Under the pieces are notes generated by a model. It worked only from the letters and a program-made list of their open reading frames with translations. It searched no databases and had not been told where the DNA came from. Shown piece after piece: positions 1 to 10,211 of a DNA stretch of 64,000 nucleotides; the stretch's first letter is position 1, and the number at the start of each line of letters is the position of its first letter. The translations under genes and the position numbers were made by a program. The stretch is from an uncultured Candidatus Saccharibacteria bacterium (GTDB taxonomy: Bacteria > Patescibacteriota > Minisyncoccia > Phycocordibacterales > UBA9973): assembly GCA_964544225.1 (NCBI GenBank), contig CAZIZK010000001.1, positions 207,477-271,476 on the forward strand. Direction: 5' to 3'.

Positions 1-774
1 CAGAACTTTCTTAAATCAAAAGGGGCTTTGGTTACTATGTGTAAGTCTGGGGAGATAGACAAAAATGACACAATCCTGGAAATAGGCCCTGGTAAGGGTG
101 CCCTGACAGAATACCTACTAAAAGAAGCTAAAAAGGTGATAGCTGTCGAGAAGGACCACGACCTAGCCAGCTTCCTGTCTGAAAAGTTTGCAAAAGAGGT
201 ATCCGAGGGCCAATTGGTACTAGTACAAGGTGACATATTGGATAAAAGCCTTTATATATATGGATTAAAAGACGGGCAGTACAAATTGGTGGCCAATATC
301 CCATACAATATTACAGGCTCAATATTCCGAAAGTTCCTCTCTGGGCCTATAAAACCGTCAAATATGACCGTTTTAGTCCAAAAAGAGGTCGCCGAGAGGG
401 TGGTAGCCCGTGATGGCAAGGAAAGTATCCTATCTATTAGTGTCCAAGTATATGGCACCCCAAAATACATAACAAAAGTAAGCAAAAAGTACTTTTCACC
501 TGCACCAAAGGTGGATTCGGCCATATTGCAGATTAAAAACATAACAAATCACGTATTCAAGGACCGTAAGTCTGAAGACTGGTTCTTTGAGGTACTCAAG
601 GCTGGCTTTGCTCATAAAAGAAAGGTGTTGAGGAGCAACCTAACTGCGACAGCTTCAAATGAAAGTATCCAAAAAGCTTTTGAAAAGCTATCTATCGCCG
701 ATAAAGCTCGCGCCGAAGATGTAAGAGCGGTGCAATGGATACAATTGGCGCAAATATTGTCCACAGAAAAATAG
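1..774 (+). CDS. rsmA: 16S rRNA dimethyladenosine transferase KsgA/RsmA (5' truncated by window edge)
   Basis: Frame opens at base 1 with QNFL; motifs ILEIGPGKGALT, VANIPYNIT, VQKEVAER, FSPAPKVDSA, RAED. Confidence 0.97.
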   Translation, partial: QNFLKSKGALVTMCKSGEIDKNDTILEIGPGKGALTEYLLKEAKKVIAVEKDHDLASFLSEKFAKEVSEGQLVLVQGDILDKSLYIYGLKDGQYKLVANIPYNITGSIFRKFLSGPIKPSNMTVLVQKEVAERVVARDGKESILSISVQVYGTPKYITKVSKKYFSPAPKVDSAILQIKNITNHVFKDRKSEDWFFEVLKAGFAHKRKVLRSNLTATASNESIQKAFEKLSIADKARAEDVRAVQWIQLAQILSTEK

Positions 775-822
775 TATAAAAATAAAAAAAATTATATAAT
801 ATGTATACACAAAAGTGTACTC

Positions 823-1719
823 ATGAACAAGAACTTCTTACCAAGTAAACAATTTTTTAAAAAGGCTGGTGTAATACTTACATTGGTAATTGTTGTGCTA
901 CTCGTCACCCAAGTCACTCCTTCTATAAAAAGTAAGCTACAAAGAGGTAATACTAACAGGCAGTTGTCTGTTAGTGAGCTTGTTGGCCAAGACAGTAATA
1001 ACAATGGTATCCAAGACTGGGAGGAAACACTCTGGGGACTAGACCCGAAAGGTGACGGTTCAGAGAACAAGAACTACATCGTAAATAAAAAGAAGCAATT
1101 AAACAATGGTACTTTGCCAATAGAGGATAGTGCATCACTTACAAACAACGATAAGCTGGCTCGCGAATTCTTCGCTATGATTATATCACTACAGCAGAGT
1201 GGTAACTTGAACGAAGATGCTATTAAAAATATTTCTAACTCTGTTGGTGCTAATGTGGTAGCCGAAGATATAAAAGATATCTATACAAAGGATATGTTAC
1301 GTGTACAGAGCACAACAACAATCACCGTAGGGAGCTACCAAAATGCTATGCAAAAAATAATGAGGAAGTATAGTGGAACTGACATAGGTGATGAGCTGTC
1401 CTTTATAGGCCAAGCAGTAGCAGGCAATGATCCGCAAGTTCTACGTGTTGGAACATCAATAGCAAATTCCTACCGATCACTAGGTAAAGACATAATGACA
1501 GTATCAGTTCCGAGCTCTCTTGCCACAACTCACCTAGAACTTGCAAACAATATGGAGAAAACTGCTCGTTCTCTAGAAAACATGAATAGATTATTGGAAG
1601 ACCCCATGTCTGGTATGACAGCAATAGTTCAGTACAAGAGGTACAATGATGCACTACTTCTAAATATGGAACAAATCCAAACATTTTTTATAAAAAATGG
1701 TATAATAAGTAACAATTAA
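823..1719 (+). CDS. Membrane-anchored hypothetical protein with a TSP3-like Ca-binding motif, first gene of the T4SS-like locus
   Basis: N-terminal TM helix; DSNNNGIQDWEETLWGLDP motif; helical C-terminus. Confidence 0.75.
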   Translation: MNKNFLPSKQFFKKAGVILTLVIVVLLVTQVTPSIKSKLQRGNTNRQLSVSELVGQDSNNNGIQDWEETLWGLDPKGDGSENKNYIVNKKKQLNNGTLPIEDSASLTNNDKLAREFFAMIISLQQSGNLNEDAIKNISNSVGANVVAEDIKDIYTKDMLRVQSTTTITVGSYQNAMQKIMRKYSGTDIGDELSFIGQAVAGNDPQVLRVGTSIANSYRSLGKDIMTVSVPSSLATTHLELANNMEKTARSLENMNRLLEDPMSGMTAIVQYKRYNDALLLNMEQIQTFFIKNGIISNN

Positions 1720-4686
1720 ATGAAGATCAGTAGATACAAAACAATAGTATCAGTCCTGACACTTACCATGTTTGTATTTTCTACTATATTTACACCACTA
1801 GCTTATGCTTTAACAACAGGTACTGATGAAGCTACTACCAACAAAGCTGTATACACAACAGGTAATCCAGCATATACATTTAACATGCAAAACATCTCCA
1901 ATGTGTTGCCAGCTATCGTAGGGTGTACTGGCATAGTAAACAAGGTGAAGAAGTTTATGTTAAATACTTTTGATGGCGGAGCAGGTGTTCTAGAAGATAG
2001 CATTCCAGTATTCAAAGCAGGAACAGGTAACTATAAGGCCGGATATGATGATGGCAATGGAAGTGCTGACCCTGATGGGTTTACTGGTGGATACGCAATA
2101 GAGGCTGTACCGATTAATTCTACACAAGCAAACAAAGATACAAGTAAAATCGATACAAGTACAGAAAAATCTGCAAAAGAAGCTGAACAAAAGAAATTAA
2201 AAGATGAATGTCTAAATGGTGTCGCCTATGCACTAGCAAAAGCTCAGCTAGCATCTATAACAAATAAAACAGTTAATTGGATCAATAGTGGTTTCAATGG
2301 TGACCCATTATTTATACGCGACAGGGAATCATATTTTAAAAGTCTAGGTGACCAAACACTTCAAAGTTTACTTGGTCCGCTTTCAAGTGTTACAAATGCT
2401 ACCATATACCCATTTGGTGCAGACTTTGCAAGAACTGCAATACTTTCGGCTAAGACCAGTTTCCTAGATAGATCCAAATCAACTCTGACCAACTCACTAA
2501 AGCCGGGGGCAACTACTGATAGCTTTGCCACAGACTTCAGCCAGGGTGGGTGGGATGGCTGGTTCTCTCTCACACAAAACCCTCAGAACAACCCTCTGGG
2601 CTTCGGAATACTTGCATCACAAGAGTTAGCTGATAAAACAAATGCAAAAAAACAAGGAGCAAAAGAAGAGTTGGATCAAGGTGACGGATTCCTCTCACAG
2701 AAGAGGTGTGTAGAGTATGCAAAGGTGGATAACGGCACAGACCTAACTACAACTTCATCGAAGAATTATAGTGTTGTGTCGAACGATCCGAACACTCGAT
2801 TAACAGGCTTCTATATCAATACTAATTCTGTGAGCCTGGCTATTAAGTATAATGCGGGGGAGACAGGCACTATGGCTGCCAGTATTACAGATGCATCAGG
2901 TAACTCAAAAGGTGCGCAGACACTAGGTAAAACAAAAAAGGGTGAGAATAATCTAGGCACAACATTCAACAGCTTGTCTGCGTCTTCCTCATACAAGATC
3001 AAGTTTGCATATCAACCAGACGCAGGTAGTGAGAAGGAAATAATAATTATCAATATAACAACCACAGACAAAACTACGGGGAACCAGACACCCGACAGGT
3101 CAACCAATACATCTACCACAAGCACTGCTACTCCTGAATGTGTAAGGTGGGAGACAGTTACCCCAGGTACTGTGATAGCTGACCAGCTAAAGGTAAACTT
3201 GGGTTCATCTGTGCGCCAACTCGAACTTGCTGATAGTCTGAACGAATCACTTAGTGCAGTGTTTGAAGCATTGGTAAACCAGCTTATAAATCAGGGACTA
3301 TCTAGTCTAAGCAAGATAAATAGTGCAAATACTAATGGTCTTGGTGGTGCAGGTAGTAATAAAGTGTATGACACTGGTGGCAATAATGTTTCTGGTAAGT
3401 TATTGTCCGAAGATGGTGCAGGTGTTGGCTTGTCTATAAACAAAGGCACTGGGTGGTATAACGTAAATAATACTTTTGATATTACAAAAGACCTGGGTGA
3501 TACTTATAAAATGGAAAAGGGTAAGAAGGTTGTAATAAAGAAAGGTATCATATCTATACAATCCGACTACATAACTGCCGTAAAAAGCTCTATGAAAGAA
3601 TTGGATCCTATAATACCAGCACTTGGCGAATTGGACTATTGTATACCGGGACCAAATCCAAAGTGGAAGTCTCTCGCTGTACCAAATGTAAACAACACAA
3701 TGGAGATCCTACGAAACATAGAATCAGGGAAGGTAACTCCTAGCCAACTCACTGGATACGGCAAAGCTTTACCATTCCTGAGAAAGTTCAGTCCTGGATT
3801 CAAAATTAGTGAAAATATATATCGTATTACATCTAGTAGAAGACTGGAAAGTGAAGCAAAACAATTAGACCAATCGATACTGGACTCAATATTTGTATCA
3901 GAACTATTGATGAAATTCAATATCAAATTAGTAGGTGATCAGTATATATCTTACCGAAACAAAATGGATGAGTTGTATGGGCCAAACTCACCAATGCGTG
4001 ATGCTACGAGCGAGTGGTACTTGCCTATGGCGGAAGCTGGGTTGAACCTAACAAAGAACTTGATAGCTTATGATCAGAGCATGGGCGAAGTTATAAGTGA
4101 TTACACTAGTCAAATAAACCAAACAAATGCAAATATCTATAAACTAAATCAAATAAAGAAAAAGGTAGATGCTATAGTCCTAGCTGCAAAGAAGAGGCAG
4201 TTGGCTGACATAAGAAGTGGCAAGATAAAATTGAGTCCAGAATGTGCAAACTTGGCCCCACAAGATACAAATGTAGTAAATGGTGGTATATACACAGGCA
4301 ACAATACAGGCACTGGCACAAACACTGGTCCATCAGGTGGTACCACTGTAAAGTTTAAGAGCCCTGTTCCAAACTTTACTGTAACAACAAAAGAGGATTT
4401 GAGTAATTGTACATTTACATTACAAACAAAGAACACTTCTACAGATACTGTTGGACCATACAGGTGGGATATTTCATGGGGTGCACCTGCTTCAACAGGA
4501 GGGGCTACGCCAGAATATTCTATGGCAAAAGATTTAAATATGGGGCTTGTATCAAATGTTCATTATGGTGATATGTCTATAAAGCTAACCATCTCTGATA
4601 TTTTTGGCCAAGATGTAAGTATTACAAAGAAAATATCGACACAAAAAAGAACAAAGACATTATCAGGTGAAGCGTGTCCAAGATAA
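1720..4686 (+). CDS. Large secreted protein, T4SS-locus associated, with an internal Ig/Fn3-like insert and a C-terminal PKD-like domain
   Basis: Signal peptide ending AYA; VNWINSGFNGDP, DFSQGGWDGW, GFLSQKRC...CVRWETVTPG scaffold; PVPNFTV...YRWD...IKLTISDIFG C-terminus. Confidence 0.7.
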   Translation: MKISRYKTIVSVLTLTMFVFSTIFTPLAYALTTGTDEATTNKAVYTTGNPAYTFNMQNISNVLPAIVGCTGIVNKVKKFMLNTFDGGAGVLEDSIPVFKAGTGNYKAGYDDGNGSADPDGFTGGYAIEAVPINSTQANKDTSKIDTSTEKSAKEAEQKKLKDECLNGVAYALAKAQLASITNKTVNWINSGFNGDPLFIRDRESYFKSLGDQTLQSLLGPLSSVTNATIYPFGADFARTAILSAKTSFLDRSKSTLTNSLKPGATTDSFATDFSQGGWDGWFSLTQNPQNNPLGFGILASQELADKTNAKKQGAKEELDQGDGFLSQKRCVEYAKVDNGTDLTTTSSKNYSVVSNDPNTRLTGFYINTNSVSLAIKYNAGETGTMAASITDASGNSKGAQTLGKTKKGENNLGTTFNSLSASSSYKIKFAYQPDAGSEKEIIIINITTTDKTTGNQTPDRSTNTSTTSTATPECVRWETVTPGTVIADQLKVNLGSSVRQLELADSLNESLSAVFEALVNQLINQGLSSLSKINSANTNGLGGAGSNKVYDTGGNNVSGKLLSEDGAGVGLSINKGTGWYNVNNTFDITKDLGDTYKMEKGKKVVIKKGIISIQSDYITAVKSSMKELDPIIPALGELDYCIPGPNPKWKSLAVPNVNNTMEILRNIESGKVTPSQLTGYGKALPFLRKFSPGFKISENIYRITSSRRLESEAKQLDQSILDSIFVSELLMKFNIKLVGDQYISYRNKMDELYGPNSPMRDATSEWYLPMAEAGLNLTKNLIAYDQSMGEVISDYTSQINQTNANIYKLNQIKKKVDAIVLAAKKRQLADIRSGKIKLSPECANLAPQDTNVVNGGIYTGNNTGTGTNTGPSGGTTVKFKSPVPNFTVTTKEDLSNCTFTLQTKNTSTDTVGPYRWDISWGAPASTGGATPEYSMAKDLNMGLVSNVHYGDMSIKLTISDIFGQDVSITKKISTQKRTKTLSGEACPR

Positions 4687-4698
4687 TATTATAAAAAT

Positions 4699-6039
4699 AT
4701 GGATAAAAACCCACGAAAAAGTAAAGCTCTCGTAATCACCTTTGTACTAGTACTAGGCCTATTAATAGGTATGTACTTTGTATTTACGAGTGACACCTTG
4801 TTTGGGGTGAACAATAGTGTTGGTAAGAAGTTCTCGCCATTCCTGATAACCCCAAAGGAGAAGGACTTGAACCTAGTAGAGGACCCAAATGCAATCAATA
4901 CAGACAATTCAACAAATACAGATACTGATAATCCGGACAACAATACAAACCCAGATGGTGGCCTTATCGCAGGGGGTAATGACTTCTCGGGTAATGTTGG
5001 TAGTGGTGGTGTAGGCACTGGTATATATATGAACCCGGCTGGTGGGTCAGTTGCCTTACCTGGTGGTAGGGGGACTATAACACCTTCGAACTTCGTAGCA
5101 CAATGTAAGGATGGTAGGGATAATGATGGGGACAGTCTTGTGGATACATCCGACCCAGGCTGTCATACAGATGGTGATGCAACAAATGCAAAAAGTTACA
5201 ACAAGGATCAGTATCTAGAATACAACTTTATACCAGCATGTAGCGACGGAGTAGACAATGATAAAGATAAGCTGATAGATGATAAAGATCCCGGCTGTCA
5301 TAGTGATAACAATGCGAAGAATACAAAGACTTATACACCCAATTACGGATATGAATCCGATAACCAACTGACCAAAGGCAGCTCTTCTGGCGAGTGTACT
5401 GTCGACGACCTGCCACTCATATTTACAGCAGAGGAACAGGCACAGCTCGATGAGCTGACTCGCCAGTTCTACCGCCTAGCACCAACACTGAAATCAATAG
5501 ATGATATATTAGTAGAAGAAAAAGCAAGACAAAGCTATATAGACATAACAGATAATGCAAACACTCTGACAAATGAATGTTACGAGCAAACATACAATGA
5601 TAAATACTTGGCAAACAGTGGTGTTGTTATAACAGAAGGACATGAGCAATTAAATACACGATTTGATCATAAAGAACAAAAAACGCCTTATACTGGTGAC
5701 ACGAAAGTATCAATAGACACAATGGTGCCTTATTTGTGGGATAATAACAAAACATTATTAACTGGAATGCCCGGACTAAACAATGCTACACAAATCCCTA
5801 TATATGATTATGCAAGCAAGAGCTGGATTAACAAGGGTAGGACAGAAAGACGAGGGAACCCTTATATTGATTTAAAACCAACATCTTCCTACTGGCAAAT
5901 ATATGAAACCAAAACAAATGCAAAGAATGGGGACAACGGTGTATATGTAAACCATCGTGGTGATGTATGGAACAATACTCCGATAGGTAATGCTTACTTC
6001 CCTTGGGCTGATTGGGAAAATATGATGGGTATATGGTAG
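4699..6039 (+). CDS. Membrane-anchored protein with two CxDGxDNDxDxLxDxxDPGC acidic repeats
   Basis: N-terminal TM; QCKDGRDNDGDSLVDTSDPGC and ACSDGVDNDKDKLIDDKDPGC. Confidence 0.75.
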   Translation: MDKNPRKSKALVITFVLVLGLLIGMYFVFTSDTLFGVNNSVGKKFSPFLITPKEKDLNLVEDPNAINTDNSTNTDTDNPDNNTNPDGGLIAGGNDFSGNVGSGGVGTGIYMNPAGGSVALPGGRGTITPSNFVAQCKDGRDNDGDSLVDTSDPGCHTDGDATNAKSYNKDQYLEYNFIPACSDGVDNDKDKLIDDKDPGCHSDNNAKNTKTYTPNYGYESDNQLTKGSSSGECTVDDLPLIFTAEEQAQLDELTRQFYRLAPTLKSIDDILVEEKARQSYIDITDNANTLTNECYEQTYNDKYLANSGVVITEGHEQLNTRFDHKEQKTPYTGDTKVSIDTMVPYLWDNNKTLLTGMPGLNNATQIPIYDYASKSWINKGRTERRGNPYIDLKPTSSYWQIYETKTNAKNGDNGVYVNHRGDVWNNTPIGNAYFPWADWENMMGIW

Positions 6040-6041
6040 TT

Positions 6042-6074
6042 ATAAACAACGCGTTATAAAAACGCGTTGTTTAT
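6042..6074. terminator. Inverted repeat, probable intrinsic terminator
   Basis: ataaacaacgcgtt-ataaa-aacgcgttgtttat directly after the stop codon. Confidence 0.6.
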
Positions 6075-6115
6075 GTATAGTAACAGCAAGCTTGAAATGC
6101 TATAATATTTAAAGC

Positions 6116-8878
6116 GTGAAGAAATTCTTGCCATACATTTTAATACTAGTTGTTGTCGTGAACCTCCTCGCGCCATTTAGTGTTGTATGGAAGGATAATC
6201 AACTCCCAAAAATCGCAAAGAATGAAGCAAAGGCAGAAGCTAACCGTTTTCCTGGAAGTAGTATTAAAACAAATGACATGTTGTCTGGGGGTGTTGACGG
6301 ACAATCTGTTAGTATTGATTTCGAAATAATACTAGATACTGGGTTAAAAAGTGGAGATGATACATCTGGTATATGGGATGATATACAACATGTAGGAGTA
6401 TGGAACCCGCTTACTACAAATAGTTTTGATGAGAAATCTTTTTGGTTAGAAATAATAAAAGCAGACTCAACAACTGTTATACCTGATACTTATATTGTTT
6501 CAGATAGTAATTTGGCAAACGATGGTTATGTAAGTTTAACTCGTCCATTATTAGGGAATAAGGTTGGTAACAATCTGGGGCAAGACTGGATAGATAGTTA
6601 TCCAAACGGGCCATCTAAAATTAAAATAGATTATCTAATTGGAAATAAAAGTCAGGGGTATCCTATTGATACTATAGATAATTTAAAACCTGATACAGAA
6701 TATTTAGCTAGGGTAATATACTACTTAGATGGTAATGCTGTACCTAACACGATGGCAGAAGTACGTTTTAAAACACCTGCTCCAACAAAACTTGAAGGGA
6801 AAATTGGTGATGGTAAAACATTAGTAGAGGGGGGTAAATTATTATTACCAGGATGTGAGATAATACCAGACTTTGATGACGGGACGAGCTTCTCTGGATG
6901 TTTTGTGCAGTTAGCTTATTGGGGTTTATATGCTCCGACTGCATATTTGTTTGGTTTAGCTGGAGTATTTTTTGATGCTGTTTTTAAATATTCAATAGAT
7001 GATTCCTCTTATAGAACTACATTTGTTACCCAAGGTTGGGCTATTGTACGTGATATGTGTAATATATTCTTCATATTTGTACTACTATATGCTGCATTCA
7101 AAATGATATTTGGTTCACACGGTGCTAAATCTGTAATTGTTAATGTGATAATTATAGGCTTGTTAATAAACTTTAGTCTACTAACAACCCAAATATTAGT
7201 AGACACTTCAAATATTCTAGCTAGGTTATTTTACAATTCACAAGCAATAAAAATAGAAACAGACAATGCATCTGGGGCTGTAACACACGGGGGACAAAAT
7301 TTAACTGAAAATTCAGGTAATAATCAGATATCTCTTTCATCTGCATTAATAAATAAAATAAACCCGCAGAACCTAATCCTCAGTGCTAGTAAAGTAACTG
7401 TTTCAGACGATGCTGGTCACACTGGTACAGCTTCTGCAACAGACGGGATAGGTGTAGGAGGATACTTCTTAGTAATATTTTTAGCCTCTATAGTAAACGT
7501 AATCGGCTTCTTTGTATTTATATCAGTTGGTTTAATATTTGTGGCCCGAGTTGTTAGTATTTGGATGGCTATGGTATTTGCACCCTTTGCATTCTTTAGT
7601 TATACAGTACCAGCACTTTCGAAAGCAAAAATTATCGGTTGGAAGAACTGGTGGAGTGACTTACTAGGTATTTGTTTTATTGCCCCACTATTCATGTTCT
7701 TTATGTATTTAATAATATTATTCCTAGAAAAAGGATTTGCGAACTTTCTTGATAGTACAAAGAATGGACCAAACTTCGTATTGGGTATCATTATTCCTTT
7801 TGCTTTCATTATGATTTTGCTTTTGACTGCAAAGAAGTTAGCAAAAGAATACGCAGGCTCTATTGGTCAAACTGTTACCGGTGCGGTAACAGCGGTCGGA
7901 GCAGCAGCACTCGGTGGTGCAGCGTTGGGTGCAGCAGTAATAGGAAGAAATACTGTTGGGTCTCTTGCAAAATTTACACAAAATGACGGTGCGAGAAAAA
8001 ATGCCTTAACATATCAAAATACGCAAAATGCGGCAGCTAAATTAAAAGGTTGGGGTGCAGTAAATCCATTTAATTATCTTAAGGTAGCAGGAAGTGCTGT
8101 AGGAGATACAGTAAAACTACCTGCGGCAAGTGCTGGTTATTTAGCTTCTAGGATTGGAAGAAAGAAAGATCCGCATACAGGGAAAGAAACAAGCTGGTTC
8201 CAAAGAGAGGGTTCAAAAGTTGTGGATAAAAGTCATGCAGCACATGTACTTGATGAAAAAGCACAAGCATTGAAAAATGATAAATCAGCTACATATAAAG
8301 ATCTTACTGATGATGAAAAGAAAACTGTACGTGAAAGAATAGACAGAGATATCGTATCCAAAGAAATGCATAATAAAGTGTATGAAAAACTTAATGGAAC
8401 AGAAAGAGCTAATGTCGATGGCATGAGAGTAGCAGGAGATCCAAATGGTGAGTGGTCTCAGGGAGCAAATATGGCAAAAGGTGTTGCCGCTACTAGAGGT
8501 GATCATGTTCACACTTCAGAAGATTTGGGTAAGGCAGTAAAAGTAGATACTGCTGTAAGTGAGTTTGTAAATGCACTGAGAAAAGGTAGTTATGATGTAA
8601 GAAATCTATCAAAAACAAAATCAGTAAGTGGTGGTTTAGCAAAACTAGGAGTTGGCCTTGCTGCATCTGTTGCATTAGGTGTTAGATCGGGTCTTAAATC
8701 ACTGGTTGGTATTAACCATGGAACAGGTCAAAAAGATGTCATGAAAGACTTAAAGGATGTTTTAACAGAAGCATTGAAGGGTGTGAAAATTCAGATGCCT
8801 AGTGGGGGAGGTGACCATGGAGGAGGGCATGATGATCACGGTGGTGGGCACGATGACCATGGTGGAGGGCATCATTAG
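6116..8878 (+). CDS. VirB6/TrbL-like polytopic T4SS membrane protein with an extracellular N-terminal domain and a Gly/His-rich tail
   Basis: GWAIVRDMCNIFFIF, LLINFSLLTTQILVDTSN, RVVSIWMAMVFAPFAF, WKNWWSDL followed by multiple TMs; lies upstream of prgI/virB4. Confidence 0.8.
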   Translation: MKKFLPYILILVVVVNLLAPFSVVWKDNQLPKIAKNEAKAEANRFPGSSIKTNDMLSGGVDGQSVSIDFEIILDTGLKSGDDTSGIWDDIQHVGVWNPLTTNSFDEKSFWLEIIKADSTTVIPDTYIVSDSNLANDGYVSLTRPLLGNKVGNNLGQDWIDSYPNGPSKIKIDYLIGNKSQGYPIDTIDNLKPDTEYLARVIYYLDGNAVPNTMAEVRFKTPAPTKLEGKIGDGKTLVEGGKLLLPGCEIIPDFDDGTSFSGCFVQLAYWGLYAPTAYLFGLAGVFFDAVFKYSIDDSSYRTTFVTQGWAIVRDMCNIFFIFVLLYAAFKMIFGSHGAKSVIVNVIIIGLLINFSLLTTQILVDTSNILARLFYNSQAIKIETDNASGAVTHGGQNLTENSGNNQISLSSALINKINPQNLILSASKVTVSDDAGHTGTASATDGIGVGGYFLVIFLASIVNVIGFFVFISVGLIFVARVVSIWMAMVFAPFAFFSYTVPALSKAKIIGWKNWWSDLLGICFIAPLFMFFMYLIILFLEKGFANFLDSTKNGPNFVLGIIIPFAFIMILLLTAKKLAKEYAGSIGQTVTGAVTAVGAAALGGAALGAAVIGRNTVGSLAKFTQNDGARKNALTYQNTQNAAAKLKGWGAVNPFNYLKVAGSAVGDTVKLPAASAGYLASRIGRKKDPHTGKETSWFQREGSKVVDKSHAAHVLDEKAQALKNDKSATYKDLTDDEKKTVRERIDRDIVSKEMHNKVYEKLNGTERANVDGMRVAGDPNGEWSQGANMAKGVAATRGDHVHTSEDLGKAVKVDTAVSEFVNALRKGSYDVRNLSKTKSVSGGLAKLGVGLAASVALGVRSGLKSLVGINHGTGQKDVMKDLKDVLTEALKGVKIQMPSGGGDHGGGHDDHGGGHDDHGGGHH

Positions 8879-8914
8879 ATAAATTAATTACGAATTAATA
8901 ATTACGAATTACGA

Positions 8915-10162
8915 ATGGATCAACAACAATTACAACAAAAGATCGCTGAATACTTTAGCAAGCTTCCACCAAATGCTCAAGAGTATTTCGCCAAGATGGA
9001 TTGGATGAATACTCTGCAAACTATTGCAGGTAAATACCAACTGAATGAACAACAAGTGGCAAGCCTAGGTACTGAAACAACACTATTACTACTAGGTATA
9101 GTACACCCAGATGAATATACAAGTTTCCTAAAGAAAGATATGGCTATGGAAGATGGTACAAGTATTCAGATGTTCAACGAGATAGATACTCAGATAGTAG
9201 GTGGCTTGCGTGGCGACTTGGCAGATACACATATGAAGAATTCTATCGAGCTTGCCGACAAGGAATACGGTGGCAGTATGAAGCTCGATGAGAGGCTAGC
9301 AAGCCTACCTGATGAAGTGAAGGACGCAATAGTTAACTCAGACTATCAAGCCAAGCTTTATGCTATTGCCGGTAAATATAAATTGTCTATCGAACAGATG
9401 GGAATGCTGGAAAATATTACAAACAAAGTCATGCTCGGAGTATTGCACCCAGATGAATACGCGAAGAGTGTCGCGGACAAGCTGGGTATGCCAAACGACA
9501 AGGTAAATGAATTGGTAGGGGAGGTAAACGAAGGTGTGTTCAAGAATATCAGAGAAGGATTGAAGTCCTATATGGAAGTAAACAGTTCCACTCCTGAGGC
9601 CCCTGTTCCACCTTATGCGCCTTATGCACCTGCATCTAGTATGCCCGAGGTGGCAAAAGTAGAGTTACCTGCACCTATGACTAAGAGTACTATACCCGAG
9701 GCTCCAATACCTGCTTACAAACCTGCCCCTGATGCAATAGCAAATGTGGCTATACCTGTTGTAGCCCCTGAAGCAAAGATAGTTGTAGAAACAGCATTGA
9801 ACAAAACAACTCCTAAAGATGATTCCAACATACTATCTGGTGCTGGTATCGAAATGGTACAAGACATGAATAGTAATAACACTATGGGTAGCCAGCCAAA
9901 AGTATCGCCATTGGTGGAAAGGGGGTTCAACACTGCCGACAGGTTCATGGAATCAGGTATCGATGTAATACCAGACCGTGTTGCTGATAAAGTTTATTCA
10001 ACCAACTCTGCCACAGGTGCCGAGACCCTGTCAGGTATCAACAACCCTACAGCTGGTGTCAGTAGTATGCTTGCCGACAAATTAGGTAAAACAACAATCA
10101 ACCCAACTCCTATAATAAATCAAAGTCTTACAAAGGACCCATATAAGGAGGTAATAGAATAA
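8915..10162 (+). CDS. Hypothetical protein with a duplicated ~100-aa helical domain, Pro-rich linker and C-terminal DPYKEVIE motif
   Basis: KLPPNAQ...IAGKYQL...LGIVHPDEY repeated as SLPDEVK...IAGKYKL...LGVLHPDEY. Confidence 0.75.
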   Translation: MDQQQLQQKIAEYFSKLPPNAQEYFAKMDWMNTLQTIAGKYQLNEQQVASLGTETTLLLLGIVHPDEYTSFLKKDMAMEDGTSIQMFNEIDTQIVGGLRGDLADTHMKNSIELADKEYGGSMKLDERLASLPDEVKDAIVNSDYQAKLYAIAGKYKLSIEQMGMLENITNKVMLGVLHPDEYAKSVADKLGMPNDKVNELVGEVNEGVFKNIREGLKSYMEVNSSTPEAPVPPYAPYAPASSMPEVAKVELPAPMTKSTIPEAPIPAYKPAPDAIANVAIPVVAPEAKIVVETALNKTTPKDDSNILSGAGIEMVQDMNSNNTMGSQPKVSPLVERGFNTADRFMESGIDVIPDRVADKVYSTNSATGAETLSGINNPTAGVSSMLADKLGKTTINPTPIINQSLTKDPYKEVIE

Positions 10163-10200
10163 ACATTAAAATCCCCACAATATGTGGGGATTTTAATGTT
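10162..10200. terminator. Hairpin terminator overlapping the TGTTATAAT -10 of prgI
   Basis: aacattaaaatccccaca-ata-tgtggggattttaatgtt. Confidence 0.65.
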
Positions 10201-10211
10201 ATAATATTTAT

